NCBI GenBank assembly: GCA_036351155.1
Contig: JAZBOO010000163.1
Span: 1 to 64,000 of the forward strand
Direction of reading: 5' to 3'
Length of the DNA: 64,000 bases
DNA from: Candidatus Krumholzibacteriia bacterium
GTDB taxonomy: Bacteria; Krumholzibacteriota; Krumholzibacteriia; LZORAL124-64-63
Shown here: positions 29,501 through 38,960 of the stretch, piece after piece
How the letters are laid out: every line of letters starts with the position of its first letter
Position numbering within the stretch: the stretch's first letter is position 1
Notes under the pieces: model-generated
What the model saw: only the letters and a program-made list of their open reading frames with translations
Databases searched by the model: none
What the model was told of the DNA's origin: nothing
Made by a program: the position numbers and the translations under genes

Positions 29501-30371
29501 CAAGTTCACGGGAGATTTCGAAATCCTCAAGGGGCGGTACACGGGCAACTTCAAGGAGAAGGAAGGGGCCATCGATCCCATGGCCGCCACCGTGGCCCCC
29601 GACTGGCTGGGAGACCTTCAATTGCACGGGGCACCGCGGTCGTCGCGCATCATCAACCGCGAAATGGAACTCTTTCTGGGGGGAGACCTGGATCTGGTCC
29701 GGGACGAAACCGGCATGTACCTGCGGGGAGCCATGGACGTCAATTCAGGTCGCCTGATCGTGTTCAACAACAGCTTCAAGGTGGTGCGCGGCCGGCTGGA
29801 TCTGAGTCGCGAGGTGGGGTTCAATCCCATGATCGACCTGGATGCCACCACCAGCTACCGGCTCAAGAGTCAGGTGTCCAGCAACAGCATCATCGAGAAC
29901 ATCCAGGTGCACGTGGGCAACACCATTCTGAGCCCGGAGATCACCTTCAGCAGCGACCGGGGCTACAGCCGGGAAGCCATCCAGCGTATGCTGCTGGGAC
30001 TGGAGCCGTTTGCCACTCCCGAGGGAGATCGTGAGCGCCTGGCCAACACCTCCATCTCGGCGGGTTTCAACGTGATCGAGCGTGAAATCGCGCGGGAAAT
30101 CCAGATCTTCGACACCTTCGAGATCGACCAGATCCAGCGCCAGAGCGAGACCGGGGCAGAGCTGGATCCCCTGATCGGGGTGGGCAAGTTCATCGGCAAC
30201 GACCTGTACCTGAAGTTTGCCCAGGGAATCCGGCAGGATGACCGGGATATCCTGGTGGAATACCAGATCAATAACCATCTTCTGTTGCAGTCCGAGGTGC
30301 GCCGCCGGATCGACGAAAACCAGGGCGGGGAAACCTACAACCTGGACCTCAAGTACCGCTTCGAATATTGA
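26505..30371 (+). CDS. tamB: Translocation/assembly module TamB-like protein
   Basis: N-terminal TM, long beta-rich repeats, C-terminal DUF490-like end (VGKFIGNDLYL...LKYRFEY); coupled to the Omp85 gene. Confidence 0.8.
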   Translation: MMRWVKPAKLPVIIAWLIILGVVGWLSMNPRFVAPYASRLVGRHLLGIEEGGLQVRDFRVRIFEGMDLYGVSLTLPSASGGMTLASADTVEVDFLGQDLLAYVPRLRRVVISRPEIFSRSGTDTLGQSDPGAPEEMRGFPRILIEHLEIREGFFEFSGTDGKVTEEISRLDWSGSVRSDEEVALELHRCAIHWTSRQSILENLRGQVVIDREQIKVSPVYGTLNGHDARVTGTRRWSQELDIAVLGQGVSVAEIEDLIDMTIGFNARGNIAGSFVAANDTLTYAGTFTGELEGYQVEQLTGQAVVGSEDVLLSDLAGVINGASFTGGGHFDISRQDSVSFVLEGEVQDVDLAKGLIPEEDDLPVTDGRGYLRIEHTDLPLWTRVTGTLHDGFIEIIPFDTCRVDVVALGDEVHFNRVELDYRHLNAVLEGVSDSRQVFSGDLTAQSADVTTLPREWGWPALSGQMRGQGSLHGLLDDLDFTGVVTLDSLGLGPVAARTSRANLQVKRVLGDPLITAAVLGQGLSLGGVPFGDFRLEGSASSQMAVIDTFTAVYGDTSVGFDLSAVFTDTLQLFSLDSYSHLLEGTAWSINEPVAFSLRPGFFHLPALLLESEQGVLAMEALYHEGREVSGSLLLEEFDLGLLDPFLRSDEPLTGKITADVRVSGRPDDPVVQLSGLLTDSSFRLARVDSLQVDASFNQGTVWLNRVDLASEFGGLEVVGTVAHPGAGVEDFWPDAELDLDLVVHQGDWAFLEQFAIPALDRLAGTFDGQIQVAGTTSSPLIEGQVFSAPFHVHWLHLDQLTGTIWADSDALVLADLKGNKHDLALTGRLEIPVDLDFLSEPVTPLDEPFYMQLEIPANSNLAPLAQATNAFVQTSGRGSAHVVVSGPLVHPYYQGELQIREAGFVLRDLEEIYREASCDGTFQGDVLEVKNIRGQEGLRGTFEGEGQVVFKGLELESFDIKLNLDRFLLASIPDLRAVVASDNARMTSVFVGPDSLLVPKFTGDFEILKGRYTGNFKEKEGAIDPMAATVAPDWLGDLQLHGAPRSSRIINREMELFLGGDLDLVRDETGMYLRGAMDVNSGRLIVFNNSFKVVRGRLDLSREVGFNPMIDLDATTSYRLKSQVSSNSIIENIQVHVGNTILSPEITFSSDRGYSREAIQRMLLGLEPFATPEGDRERLANTSISAGFNVIEREIAREIQIFDTFEIDQIQRQSETGAELDPLIGVGKFIGNDLYLKFAQGIRQDDRDILVEYQINNHLLLQSEVRRRIDENQGGETYNLDLKYRFEY

Positions 30372-30386
30372 CCTCAAGGAGACTTC

Positions 30387-32753
30387 GTGAAGGATATTCT
30401 CGCCGATCTGAATGCCGCCCAGCACGAGGCGGTGACCGCACCGGATGGACCCGTGCTGGTGGTGGCGGGGGCCGGCAGCGGCAAGACCCGCGTGCTGACC
30501 ACCCGCGTGGCCTGGCTGCTGGGAGAGAAGGGTGTCAGGCCAGGAGAGATCCTGGCCTTCACCTTCACCAACCGCGCTGCCAAGGAAATGCGCGAGCGGG
30601 TGGCCGCCAGCGTGGGCGAGGACCAGGCACCCTTCTGGATTGGCACTTTTCACGCCACCGGATTGAAAATCCTGCGCACCGACGGGGAATCGGTCGGCGT
30701 CAAGCGCGGATTCTCCATCTTCGATACCGATGACAGCAACAAGCTCCTGAAGCAGGCCATGGCCGATCTGAAGATCGACCCCAAGCAGTTCACGCCCCAG
30801 GGGACGCGGACTGTGATCAGCAAGTGGAAGAACGACGACATCGACCCGGGGAAAGCCAAAACACTGGCCAATTCGTTCGTGGAGGAAAAGTATGCCGCGC
30901 TGTTCGAAGCCTACGAGGCGGGGCTGAACCGGTGCAACGCCCTTGATTTTGATGACCTCATTCTGAAGACCGTGCACCTGCTGGAGCAGAACGAAGAGGT
31001 GCGGGCCAGGTACAGCCAGCGGTTTCGTCATGTCATGGTGGATGAGTTCCAGGACACCAACCCCCTGCAGATGGTCCTGGTCAAGCTGCTGACCAGCTGG
31101 CACGGCAACCTGTTCGTGGTGGGTGATGACGACCAGAGCATTTACAGCTGGCGAGGGGCGCGCATCGAGAACATGCTGCAGTTTGATGAGTTCTTTCCCG
31201 GAGCCCGGACCTTCCGGCTGGAACAGAACTATCGCAGCACCGGGCACATCCTGGCGGCGGCCAACGAGGTGATTGCCCACAACAAGCGCCGCAAGGGCAA
31301 GAACCTGTGGACCAGCGGCGGCGACGGGGATCTGCTGACCGAGGAAGAGTTTCACGATGATCAGGATGAGGCCGCCCGCCTGGTGGACATCGTGCGCGCC
31401 GAGGTGTCCGGAGGGATGACGCGGGGGGACATCACCATCCTGTACCGCACCAACGCCCAGAGCCGGGTGCTGGAAGATGCGCTGCGCCGGGCCCATCTGC
31501 CCTACCAGATCGTGGGGAGCCTGCACTTCTACGACCGCAAGGAAGTGCGCGACCTCATGGCCTACCTGAAGTTCGTGGCCAATCCGGCCGACCAGATCGC
31601 GGCTTTGCGGGTCATCAATGTGCCCAAGCGGAAGATCGGAAACACCACGGTGGAGCGCCTGCAACGCCTGGCGGCCCGTGAAGATCTGACCCTGGGCGAG
31701 ACGGCGGCCTACGGCGGACTCATGGAGCAGGAAATTGCTCCGGCGGCCTGCAAGCGGGTCCGCGACTTCTTCAACCAGGCGGCTCGGTGGCGCATGAGAG
31801 CGGCCGAAGGTGAGCCCATCCACGAGCTGCTCATGTCCATCATCAAGGATATCGGGTTCGAAACGCATCTGCAGAACGACGATCCCGAGACCGCCGGCAC
31901 CCGCAACGAAAACGTGGCTGAACTGATCAACGCCGCCGGCAGTTTTCACGAGAGCAGCGGAGGCGGTTCGCTGGACCAGTTCCTCGAGCAGGTGGCGCTG
32001 GTCTCGGATCCTGACACCATCCAGGATGACGAGGGAGTGGTGCGCCTGATGACCATCCACACCGCCAAGGGGCTGGAATTTCCCGTGGTGGTCATCACCG
32101 GCTGCGAGGACGACATCCTGCCGCACATCAACAGCCAGGACGAGGAACACACCCTGGAAGAAGAGCGCCGGTTGTTCTACGTGGCCTTGACCCGGGCGGA
32201 GAAGCGGGTGTACCTGCTGCATGCCGCGCGTCGTCGCCGGTTCGGCACCTGGCAGGACAGCTTGCCCTCGCGCTTCTTGCCGGAGGTGCCGGATGAGCGG
32301 ATCACCCGCCGCCATCTGGACAAGCCGGAGCTCGGACACGTGGGGCAGTCGCTCTTCGGCGATTCCTGGGGAGCTGGGCGATCCGGATCAGCACGCGGCG
32401 GAGCGGGGAGGAAAACCACACCGCCGGCCAGGTCGACCTGGAGCCGTGAGTCCGGGACGGCGCGATCGACCGGGAGCCGGTCCAATTCCGCTGCTGTGCC
32501 CGTACGGCCCGACCAGTGGGGCAGCAGCAATCGGAAGCCCAAGGCGCCCGCTCCAGCGGCCGGCTGGGATGCCGAGGTGAATCAGGATGTGCCCTACTTC
32601 ACCGGCCAGACGGTCAGTCACGGAATCTTTGGAACCGGGGCCGTGGTCCGGGTGGAAGGAAGCGGCGACGACATGCTGGTGACCGTCGACTTTGACAGTT
32701 CCGGCCGCAAGCACATCAATCCGCGGTTTGCGCCGCTGGTGGTCATTGACTAG
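30387..32753 (+). CDS. pcrA: ATP-dependent DNA helicase PcrA/UvrD
   Basis: AGAGSGKT, VDEFQDTN, GDDDQSIY, LEQNYRS, HTAKGLEF and EERRLFYVALTRA motifs; C-terminal Tudor-like domain. Confidence 0.96.
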   Translation: MKDILADLNAAQHEAVTAPDGPVLVVAGAGSGKTRVLTTRVAWLLGEKGVRPGEILAFTFTNRAAKEMRERVAASVGEDQAPFWIGTFHATGLKILRTDGESVGVKRGFSIFDTDDSNKLLKQAMADLKIDPKQFTPQGTRTVISKWKNDDIDPGKAKTLANSFVEEKYAALFEAYEAGLNRCNALDFDDLILKTVHLLEQNEEVRARYSQRFRHVMVDEFQDTNPLQMVLVKLLTSWHGNLFVVGDDDQSIYSWRGARIENMLQFDEFFPGARTFRLEQNYRSTGHILAAANEVIAHNKRRKGKNLWTSGGDGDLLTEEEFHDDQDEAARLVDIVRAEVSGGMTRGDITILYRTNAQSRVLEDALRRAHLPYQIVGSLHFYDRKEVRDLMAYLKFVANPADQIAALRVINVPKRKIGNTTVERLQRLAAREDLTLGETAAYGGLMEQEIAPAACKRVRDFFNQAARWRMRAAEGEPIHELLMSIIKDIGFETHLQNDDPETAGTRNENVAELINAAGSFHESSGGGSLDQFLEQVALVSDPDTIQDDEGVVRLMTIHTAKGLEFPVVVITGCEDDILPHINSQDEEHTLEEERRLFYVALTRAEKRVYLLHAARRRRFGTWQDSLPSRFLPEVPDERITRRHLDKPELGHVGQSLFGDSWGAGRSGSARGGAGRKTTPPARSTWSRESGTARSTGSRSNSAAVPVRPDQWGSSNRKPKAPAPAAGWDAEVNQDVPYFTGQTVSHGIFGTGAVVRVEGSGDDMLVTVDFDSSGRKHINPRFAPLVVID

Positions 32754-34747
32754 CGAACAAGTGCCATTTTGCGGACGGTGCGATGTTTCCCTGAGCGGAA
32801 CTCCATCCAGTAGATGCCGGCCGCCGGCCGGGGCGTGACCTGGGCAGGCTGCCAGGTCCAGCTCAGGGGGGTGGCCTCGGGATCCTCCTGCGGTCCCGTG
32901 CTCTGGATCGGCCCCAGGTCGAAGGCCGCCAGCTCATGGCCTCGCGCATCGAATAGCCTGGCCTTCAGCTGCCCAGCTTCGCGGGAGTAGATCCGGAAAT
33001 CCGCGGCTTCCGCCACCGGATTGGGCCAGGGACCATGCGCCTGCAGGGGCGGCACCGGAGCGCGGCCCGCGGTCATGAACACCAGCGTGTCCGGATCCAC
33101 CGTGATCTCCTGCACCCATTCTTCCATTTCCCAGGTGAACGTCTGGTCACGCCGGCTCACCAGCACGGTTTCTTTCCGCAGGCCGGTGGTGGTGCGCAAA
33201 GCGACCGGCAACGCCACTTCAAACAGGGTGTCCTGATTCTGAACCACCCTCAGAGTGGCCTGGTTTTGCGAAATGCTGGTCCGGGTCCACAGCTGGGGCA
33301 CCTCGCTTGTTTCCAGCCAGGGAGTGAAAAAACCATCGAGAGAGCGGCCGGCCTGATCTTCGGCCCGCGCGATGAAATCCCTCGTGCCCACATTGCTGTG
33401 GACCAGCGCCGGATCGGTCACGTAGGAGTACAGCAGAGCATCAAAGGCCTGGTCACCCAGCAACAGGCGCAGGGAATGCAGCAACCAGGCCCCCTTGTCA
33501 TAGATCAGGATGTTGGGGAGGATGGGGTCCGGATCGCCCAGCAATCCCATTTCCTGGAACAGATCCGGATGTCCCTCGCGGCCAATCGAGGCCATGAATT
33601 TCCGGTAGGCCGCCGGACCCTGGGTTTGCTCCACCCAGAGGGCCTCGCTGTAGCGGGCAAACCCCTCGTTGAGCCAGATGTCCGACCATTGTGCCGGGGA
33701 CAGACTGTTCCCGAACCAGTGATGGGCCAGCTCATGCACCACGAGCAGTTCGTGCTGCCGGTCACCGGTCAAGAACATCTGGCTGACGCTGGTGGCCGTG
33801 GCGTGCTCCATGGCGCCCACCCACTTGATCTCCACCTGAGCATATTTCTCCCCGGCAAAGGGATAGGGCCCGAAGCGGTCGGCCAGAAATTCCAGCATGG
33901 CGCAGGTGGGGGCAAAATCGATCTCGGCATGGGCCCGATCGCTGGGAAACACGTGGTATTCCAGCGGCACGTCTCCACACATCTCGGTCCAGGTGGAATA
34001 ATTGCTGGCCGCCACGCTGACCAGGTAGGTGGGCAGAGGGTATTCTTCTCGCCAGGCGAAACGGCGCCACCCGGGGGCCGGATGGGTGACCTCCAGCAGG
34101 CGGCCGTTGGACACGGCACTCAATGTGTCGGGAACGGTCACGGCCAGGGAAACCAGAGCCTTGTCGGCGGGGTGATCCTTGCAGGGCCACCAGGCGTGGG
34201 CCGACCAGGGCTCGGAGATGTTGGCGATGATGGGGACGTCGTCCGCAGGGTCGGTGGGCGTGCCGGCATTGTGCTGGCGGAATAGAAGGCCCACCTGAAG
34301 CTGCCCGTGGCGTGGCGGCCGGCCCTCCCAGAAGGTGGTCAGGGTGTCCGGGACTCCTGGTACCGGGGGAGTGGCCAGGTGCACCAGAATGGCATCACCT
34401 TCCCGGCTGAAGACCAGGTCCTGGTCACCATCCCTGACCGCGGTGCAGGTCAACTCCTCCACCAGATCCAGCTGCACGGTGGTCAGCCCGGGAGCGGTGG
34501 GGGCCCAGCCCATGTCCACCTGGCCGCGGATGAAAAGGGAAGAGGGGTCCAGGTGAATATCCAGGTCGTAGCTGAGGACATCAAAGCCGCGCTCATCAGC
34601 CGGTGGTGGGGGATAGTCTCCAACCAGAAGCGACCCAGATGGCGGTGTATGCACCGGAGAGGGAAGGGGGGCGGCGGCTCCTGTGAAACCGACCAGCAGC
34701 AGACAGGTGGTCACAGCAAGTCCGGGGCCGCGTACTGCCCACCTCAC
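32750..34747 (-). CDS. Secreted M1 family aminopeptidase with C-terminal T9SS/FlgD-Ig-like domain
   Basis: GAMEH, HELAH...NEGFA and YDKGAW motifs; signal peptide from GTG 34747; C-terminus PWPNP...LFDARG...GIYW...RKMALVR. Confidence 0.88.
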   Translation of the reverse strand: MRWAVRGPGLAVTTCLLLVGFTGAAAPLPSPVHTPPSGSLLVGDYPPPPADERGFDVLSYDLDIHLDPSSLFIRGQVDMGWAPTAPGLTTVQLDLVEELTCTAVRDGDQDLVFSREGDAILVHLATPPVPGVPDTLTTFWEGRPPRHGQLQVGLLFRQHNAGTPTDPADDVPIIANISEPWSAHAWWPCKDHPADKALVSLAVTVPDTLSAVSNGRLLEVTHPAPGWRRFAWREEYPLPTYLVSVAASNYSTWTEMCGDVPLEYHVFPSDRAHAEIDFAPTCAMLEFLADRFGPYPFAGEKYAQVEIKWVGAMEHATATSVSQMFLTGDRQHELLVVHELAHHWFGNSLSPAQWSDIWLNEGFARYSEALWVEQTQGPAAYRKFMASIGREGHPDLFQEMGLLGDPDPILPNILIYDKGAWLLHSLRLLLGDQAFDALLYSYVTDPALVHSNVGTRDFIARAEDQAGRSLDGFFTPWLETSEVPQLWTRTSISQNQATLRVVQNQDTLFEVALPVALRTTTGLRKETVLVSRRDQTFTWEMEEWVQEITVDPDTLVFMTAGRAPVPPLQAHGPWPNPVAEAADFRIYSREAGQLKARLFDARGHELAAFDLGPIQSTGPQEDPEATPLSWTWQPAQVTPRPAAGIYWMEFRSGKHRTVRKMALVR

Positions 34748-34757
34748 GATGACCGGA

Positions 34758-35072
34758 TCATGGCGTCCATTCCACGCCGCAGTTCCAGCAGGTGTCGAAA
34801 CCGGCCTCGATATGCTCCTGGCAACCCGGGCAGGTCCAGGGAGACTCCACCAGGGTCCGGGCCAGGGGGCTGAGCAGGTCCCGCACCTGGCCACTATCTT
34901 CTTGCCGAACCAGCAGGCGGACCCCTACCAGCATGTCCATCTGAGGATACATGCCGTCACAGTTGTCAGTGGAAACCCAGGATTCTACTCCCAGGGCCTC
35001 CAGCCGGGCCTGATCGATCAGGGCCTCGGTTTCGCTGCCGTACCTCTTGGCCACCACGGTTGCGTCTTGCAT
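34758..35072 (-). CDS. DUF2007-like putative signal-transducing protein with C-terminal zinc ribbon
   Basis: EALIDQARLEALGV and VRLLV; WTCPGC...FDTCWNCG; GGAGG RBS. Confidence 0.8.
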   Translation of the reverse strand: MQDATVVAKRYGSETEALIDQARLEALGVESWVSTDNCDGMYPQMDMLVGVRLLVRQEDSGQVRDLLSPLARTLVESPWTCPGCQEHIEAGFDTCWNCGVEWTP

Positions 35073-35441
35073 GGCTCACCTCCTGTTATCCTCAGTCTAG
35101 CATCTTTGCGCGGGCCTGGCAAAGCACAGGCCTTGACCACGGAAAAGTTGGGCGATCAGGGCAGAGTTTCGGGTCGGGCCTGGCTCCCGGACGGTTCGGA
35201 GCGCTGTCCGTGCAGCTTTTCTGGTCTTGTAAGTCATTAAAAATAAGGAAATCTCTAGCAGGAGTATAAGGAAAATCTTTATTTCTTTTTCGCCTATCTG
35301 ATTTTTGCTAGTATTCCGTCCTCGCGAAGATTGCCGCTTGACGGGACGGGTCTTCATCTCACGGACTTCCCGTCATGGCAGGGTCATTCAAGGATTGAAT
35401 GCCCGGAGCTAACAGGGAGGTAATGACAAGAGCAGGTTATC

Positions 35442-37244
35442 TTGCCATCCGCCTTGCATTCATCCTTCTTCGGAAACCTGGGCCCTCATCCCATGGCTTC
35501 CCGGCAATCCTGGCTCCCTGGATTGCGACTGCAGCGGGGTTCCGCAGGCAGAGCCCCTCAATTCCAGCAAAAACTCCAGGAATTCGTCGACAATCTCCCG
35601 GACCCGACTTTTATCATCGACACCAGAAAACGGGTGCTGGCCTGGAATGGAGCCCTGGCGGCGCTGACCGGAGTGTCCTCCTCGGAAATCCTGGGAAAGG
35701 GGCAGGGAGATCACGCCGTTCCCTTCCCCGGAGAGGCGGTCCCGGTCCTGGCGGATCATTTCGGGGATGTGGATGACGAGCACTGGCGGCAGCACTACGA
35801 CCGGGTTGAAACCCGAGGAGACACCGTGTACGCCGAGGGTTTCTTTCCTTTCCTCCACGGGGGGAGAGGGGCCCACCTGAGCGTCACGGCCTCTCCCTTC
35901 CGTCGGCGTGATGGTCAGATCATCGGCGCGATCCAGACCATGAGAGACCTGACAGGCCCTCGAGATCGGGAAGGCTCTCTTCGGCAGAGGGAAGATGACC
36001 GCCGTATCCGTGACTTGAACGAGATGCTGGAACAGAGGGTCATCGAGGGCACTCACGAACTCCTGGCCATGAACAAGGCGCTTCGCCTCAGCGAAGAGCG
36101 TTTCCGTCGGATCATCGAAAGCCTGCAGGAGGGGTACATCTTCTATTCCCGGACCACCGATGGTCAATTCACCTACGTCAGTCCCTCCTATCGCAAGATC
36201 CTGGGTTTGTCAGACCTGGGCGACTTCTCTTCGCGTTTTGCCGCCTGGTTGCAACGGGGGGACAACCGGCCGGCCCGGGAGGCTGCTGAGAAAATAAACC
36301 TCGGCTACCGTCAGGACCCTGAGGATTTCCACATTCAGTGCCGGGACGGAAAACTCAGGACCATGGAAATCCAGGAAACCCCCGTATTCCGGAAGAATGG
36401 GGCCATCTCCTCCGTGGAAGGTCTGCTGAGGGACGTCACCCAAGATCGCCACAACCAGGCGCTCATGGAGCAGACCCAGCAGCAGTTGATCCAGTCGGAA
36501 AAGCAGGCGGCGCTGGGCAGCATGGTGGCCGGGCTGTCCCACGAAATCAACACGCCCCTGGGTATTGGCGTGACCGCGGCCTCTCATCTGGTCGAGGAGA
36601 TCAAGCAGTGTCTTCAGGCGTACTCCGCCCGCCAGCTGACTCAGGGACAGTTTGAAAATTACCTGTCCGAGGCCGGGGAGTCCGCCCAGCTGATCCAGGC
36701 CAACCTGAATCGCGCCACCGACCTGTTGCAGAATTTCAAGCAGGTGGCCACGGACCAGACGGCGGCCAAGGAGAGGTCCTTCAAGCTGGACGAGTACCTG
36801 GGTGACGTCGTGCAAAGCCTGAAGCCCCGGTTCAAGAACACAGGGTTCCGCATTGTTTGCCGATGCCCCGAGGATCTGGTCCTGCATTGCGATCCAGGAG
36901 CTCTTTACCAGGTCCTGTCCAATCTGGTCATGAATTCCTTGACCCATGGTTTCGAAGGGCTGCTGGTGGGGGAGATCTCCATCCGCGCCCACCGGCGGGG
37001 TCCCTTTCTGGAACTGGACTACCGGGACAACGGAAACGGCATGAAACCCCACGAACTGCGGCGCCTCTACGAACCGTTCTTCACCACCAAGAGGGGCCGG
37101 GGTGGGACGGGGCTCGGCATGCATATCGTGTACAACAACGTCACCAAGACGCTGGGCGGAAACATCAAGTCCACCAGCAAGCCAGGCAGGGGAACCCGCA
37201 TCACCATCACACTGCCGCTGACCGGAGAGGCTGACCATGTCTGA
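35442..37244 (+). CDS. PAS-domain sensor histidine kinase
   Basis: Two PAS domains; H-box SHEINTPLG; N-box NLVMNS; DNGNG; FFTTKRGRGGTGLG; start uncertain. Confidence 0.92.
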   Translation: MPSALHSSFFGNLGPHPMASRQSWLPGLRLQRGSAGRAPQFQQKLQEFVDNLPDPTFIIDTRKRVLAWNGALAALTGVSSSEILGKGQGDHAVPFPGEAVPVLADHFGDVDDEHWRQHYDRVETRGDTVYAEGFFPFLHGGRGAHLSVTASPFRRRDGQIIGAIQTMRDLTGPRDREGSLRQREDDRRIRDLNEMLEQRVIEGTHELLAMNKALRLSEERFRRIIESLQEGYIFYSRTTDGQFTYVSPSYRKILGLSDLGDFSSRFAAWLQRGDNRPAREAAEKINLGYRQDPEDFHIQCRDGKLRTMEIQETPVFRKNGAISSVEGLLRDVTQDRHNQALMEQTQQQLIQSEKQAALGSMVAGLSHEINTPLGIGVTAASHLVEEIKQCLQAYSARQLTQGQFENYLSEAGESAQLIQANLNRATDLLQNFKQVATDQTAAKERSFKLDEYLGDVVQSLKPRFKNTGFRIVCRCPEDLVLHCDPGALYQVLSNLVMNSLTHGFEGLLVGEISIRAHRRGPFLELDYRDNGNGMKPHELRRLYEPFFTTKRGRGGTGLGMHIVYNNVTKTLGGNIKSTSKPGRGTRITITLPLTGEADHV

Positions 37245-38898
37245 TCGCGAACGCCCCGGGGGGGATGAAGACAAGATGCTGGTTTTCGCGGCCGAGGAAC
37301 AAGGCGGCTTGGAGTCGCCGGAGTTTGACCTGGCCGCAGCATCTCCATATTCCCTGTTGATCGTCGATGATGAGCAGGAAGTCCACACCATGACGCGTCT
37401 GGTCCTGAAAAACTATCAGTTTGAAGGGCGCGGACTGCACCTGCTGAGCGCCTACAGCGGGGTGGGGGCTCGGCAGGTTTTGCGGGATCATCCCGGGGTG
37501 GCGGTCATTTTGCTCGATGTGGTGATGGAGCGCGAAGACTCGGGTCTGAAGCTGGTGCGGTACATTCGCGAGGAGCTGGGCAACCACATGGTCCGGATCA
37601 TCCTGCGCACGGGGCAGCCGGGGCAGGCCCCGGAAATGGAGGTTGTGGCCCAGTACGACATCAATGACTACAAGGCCAAGACCGAGCTGACAGCTCAGAA
37701 GCTGTTCACCACCGTCACCAGTGCGCTCCGGTCCTGGCGGGATTTGCAGACCATTGCGCGGAGTCGGCGGGGGCTGCGCCGGGTCATCGACGCCAGCGGG
37801 CCTCTGTTTGCCGGCCACGCATCACCGCCCTTTTGCCAGGGTGTTCTGGACAACTTGCTGAACCTGGCCGGCCCGGAAGATATCCCCGGATCCCTCGATT
37901 CTTCGCACCGGGCAATGTCTGGTCTCGTGGCTCTGGGCATGGGGGACGAGCTGGTCATTCAGGCGGGCCGTGGGCAGTACGCGGGCTACGAGGGGCGTCT
38001 GGTCGATACCGTTGTCCGGGACACCGCCGGTCACATGGTATCCCGTGCCGGGCGCATGGGGTGCGAATTCTTTTTCAACAACAGCTTCGTATCCTGCATC
38101 AAGGGCGATGAGGGGAAGCGTATCCTCTTCCTGGTCCGAGGTGAAAAATATGGCATCAGTCTGGACAAGGACTTGATCCGCATCTACATGGCCAAGGTGG
38201 CGCTGGCTTTCCACAACATGAACCTCAATCAGGAAATGATCGAAACCCAGAAGGAGATTATTCACACCCTGGGTGAGGTGGTGGAAACCCGCAGCAAGGA
38301 AACCGCCAACCACGTGCTGCGGGTGGGTATGATGGCTCAGTTGCTGGCGGCCAAGGCGGGGCTGAGCGATGAGGATGTCCAGACCATCCGGGTGGCGGCG
38401 CCCATGCACGATGTGGGCAAGGTGGGCATTCCCGACGCCATCCTGAACAAGCCGGGAAAGCTGACCGCCGAGGAGTACGAGGTCATCAAGACCCACGCCA
38501 TCATCGGGCACGAAATCCTGGCCAAGAGCAGTCGGCGCATCATCAAGGCGGCGGCGGTGGTGGCCCATCAGCACCACGAGCACTGGAACGGCGAGGGATA
38601 CCCGCAGGGATTGCAGAGAAAAGCCATCCACGTCTTTGGTCGGATCACGGCCATCGTGGATGTCTTCGATGCGGTGATCAACAAGCGCTGCTATCGGGAG
38701 CCCAAGGAACTGGCCGAGGTGGTGAAGATACTGCGAACGGGGCGAGACACACATTTCGATCCGGAACTGGTGGACATTTTTCTCGCTCATCTGACCGAAT
38801 TCTTGAGTATTGTCCAGGCCTACCCCGATCATCCGCCTCGTCGAGGCCTCCAGCAACAAGCCCAGGCTTGCGGTGGGACCGGTTTGCAGCGAGAATGA
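37237..38898 (+). CDS. Response regulator REC-DUF3369-HD-GYP (c-di-GMP phosphodiesterase)
   Basis: VDDE, LDVVME, RTGQPG, HDVGKVGIPD and HHEHWNGEGYP motifs; overlaps the kinase stop codon. Confidence 0.92.
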   Translation: MSDRERPGGDEDKMLVFAAEEQGGLESPEFDLAAASPYSLLIVDDEQEVHTMTRLVLKNYQFEGRGLHLLSAYSGVGARQVLRDHPGVAVILLDVVMEREDSGLKLVRYIREELGNHMVRIILRTGQPGQAPEMEVVAQYDINDYKAKTELTAQKLFTTVTSALRSWRDLQTIARSRRGLRRVIDASGPLFAGHASPPFCQGVLDNLLNLAGPEDIPGSLDSSHRAMSGLVALGMGDELVIQAGRGQYAGYEGRLVDTVVRDTAGHMVSRAGRMGCEFFFNNSFVSCIKGDEGKRILFLVRGEKYGISLDKDLIRIYMAKVALAFHNMNLNQEMIETQKEIIHTLGEVVETRSKETANHVLRVGMMAQLLAAKAGLSDEDVQTIRVAAPMHDVGKVGIPDAILNKPGKLTAEEYEVIKTHAIIGHEILAKSSRRIIKAAAVVAHQHHEHWNGEGYPQGLQRKAIHVFGRITAIVDVFDAVINKRCYREPKELAEVVKILRTGRDTHFDPELVDIFLAHLTEFLSIVQAYPDHPPRRGLQQQAQACGGTGLQRE

Positions 38899-38960
38899 TA
38901 CTTTCACATTCTTGCCGAAGGCCAGGTGCCTTCGTTTTCCCGTGACCAGGAGGCAATCCT

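Noticed and set aside
35376..35391. TGGCAGGGTCATTCAA as a second sigma54 promoter
   Set aside because: It lacks the essential GC at -12
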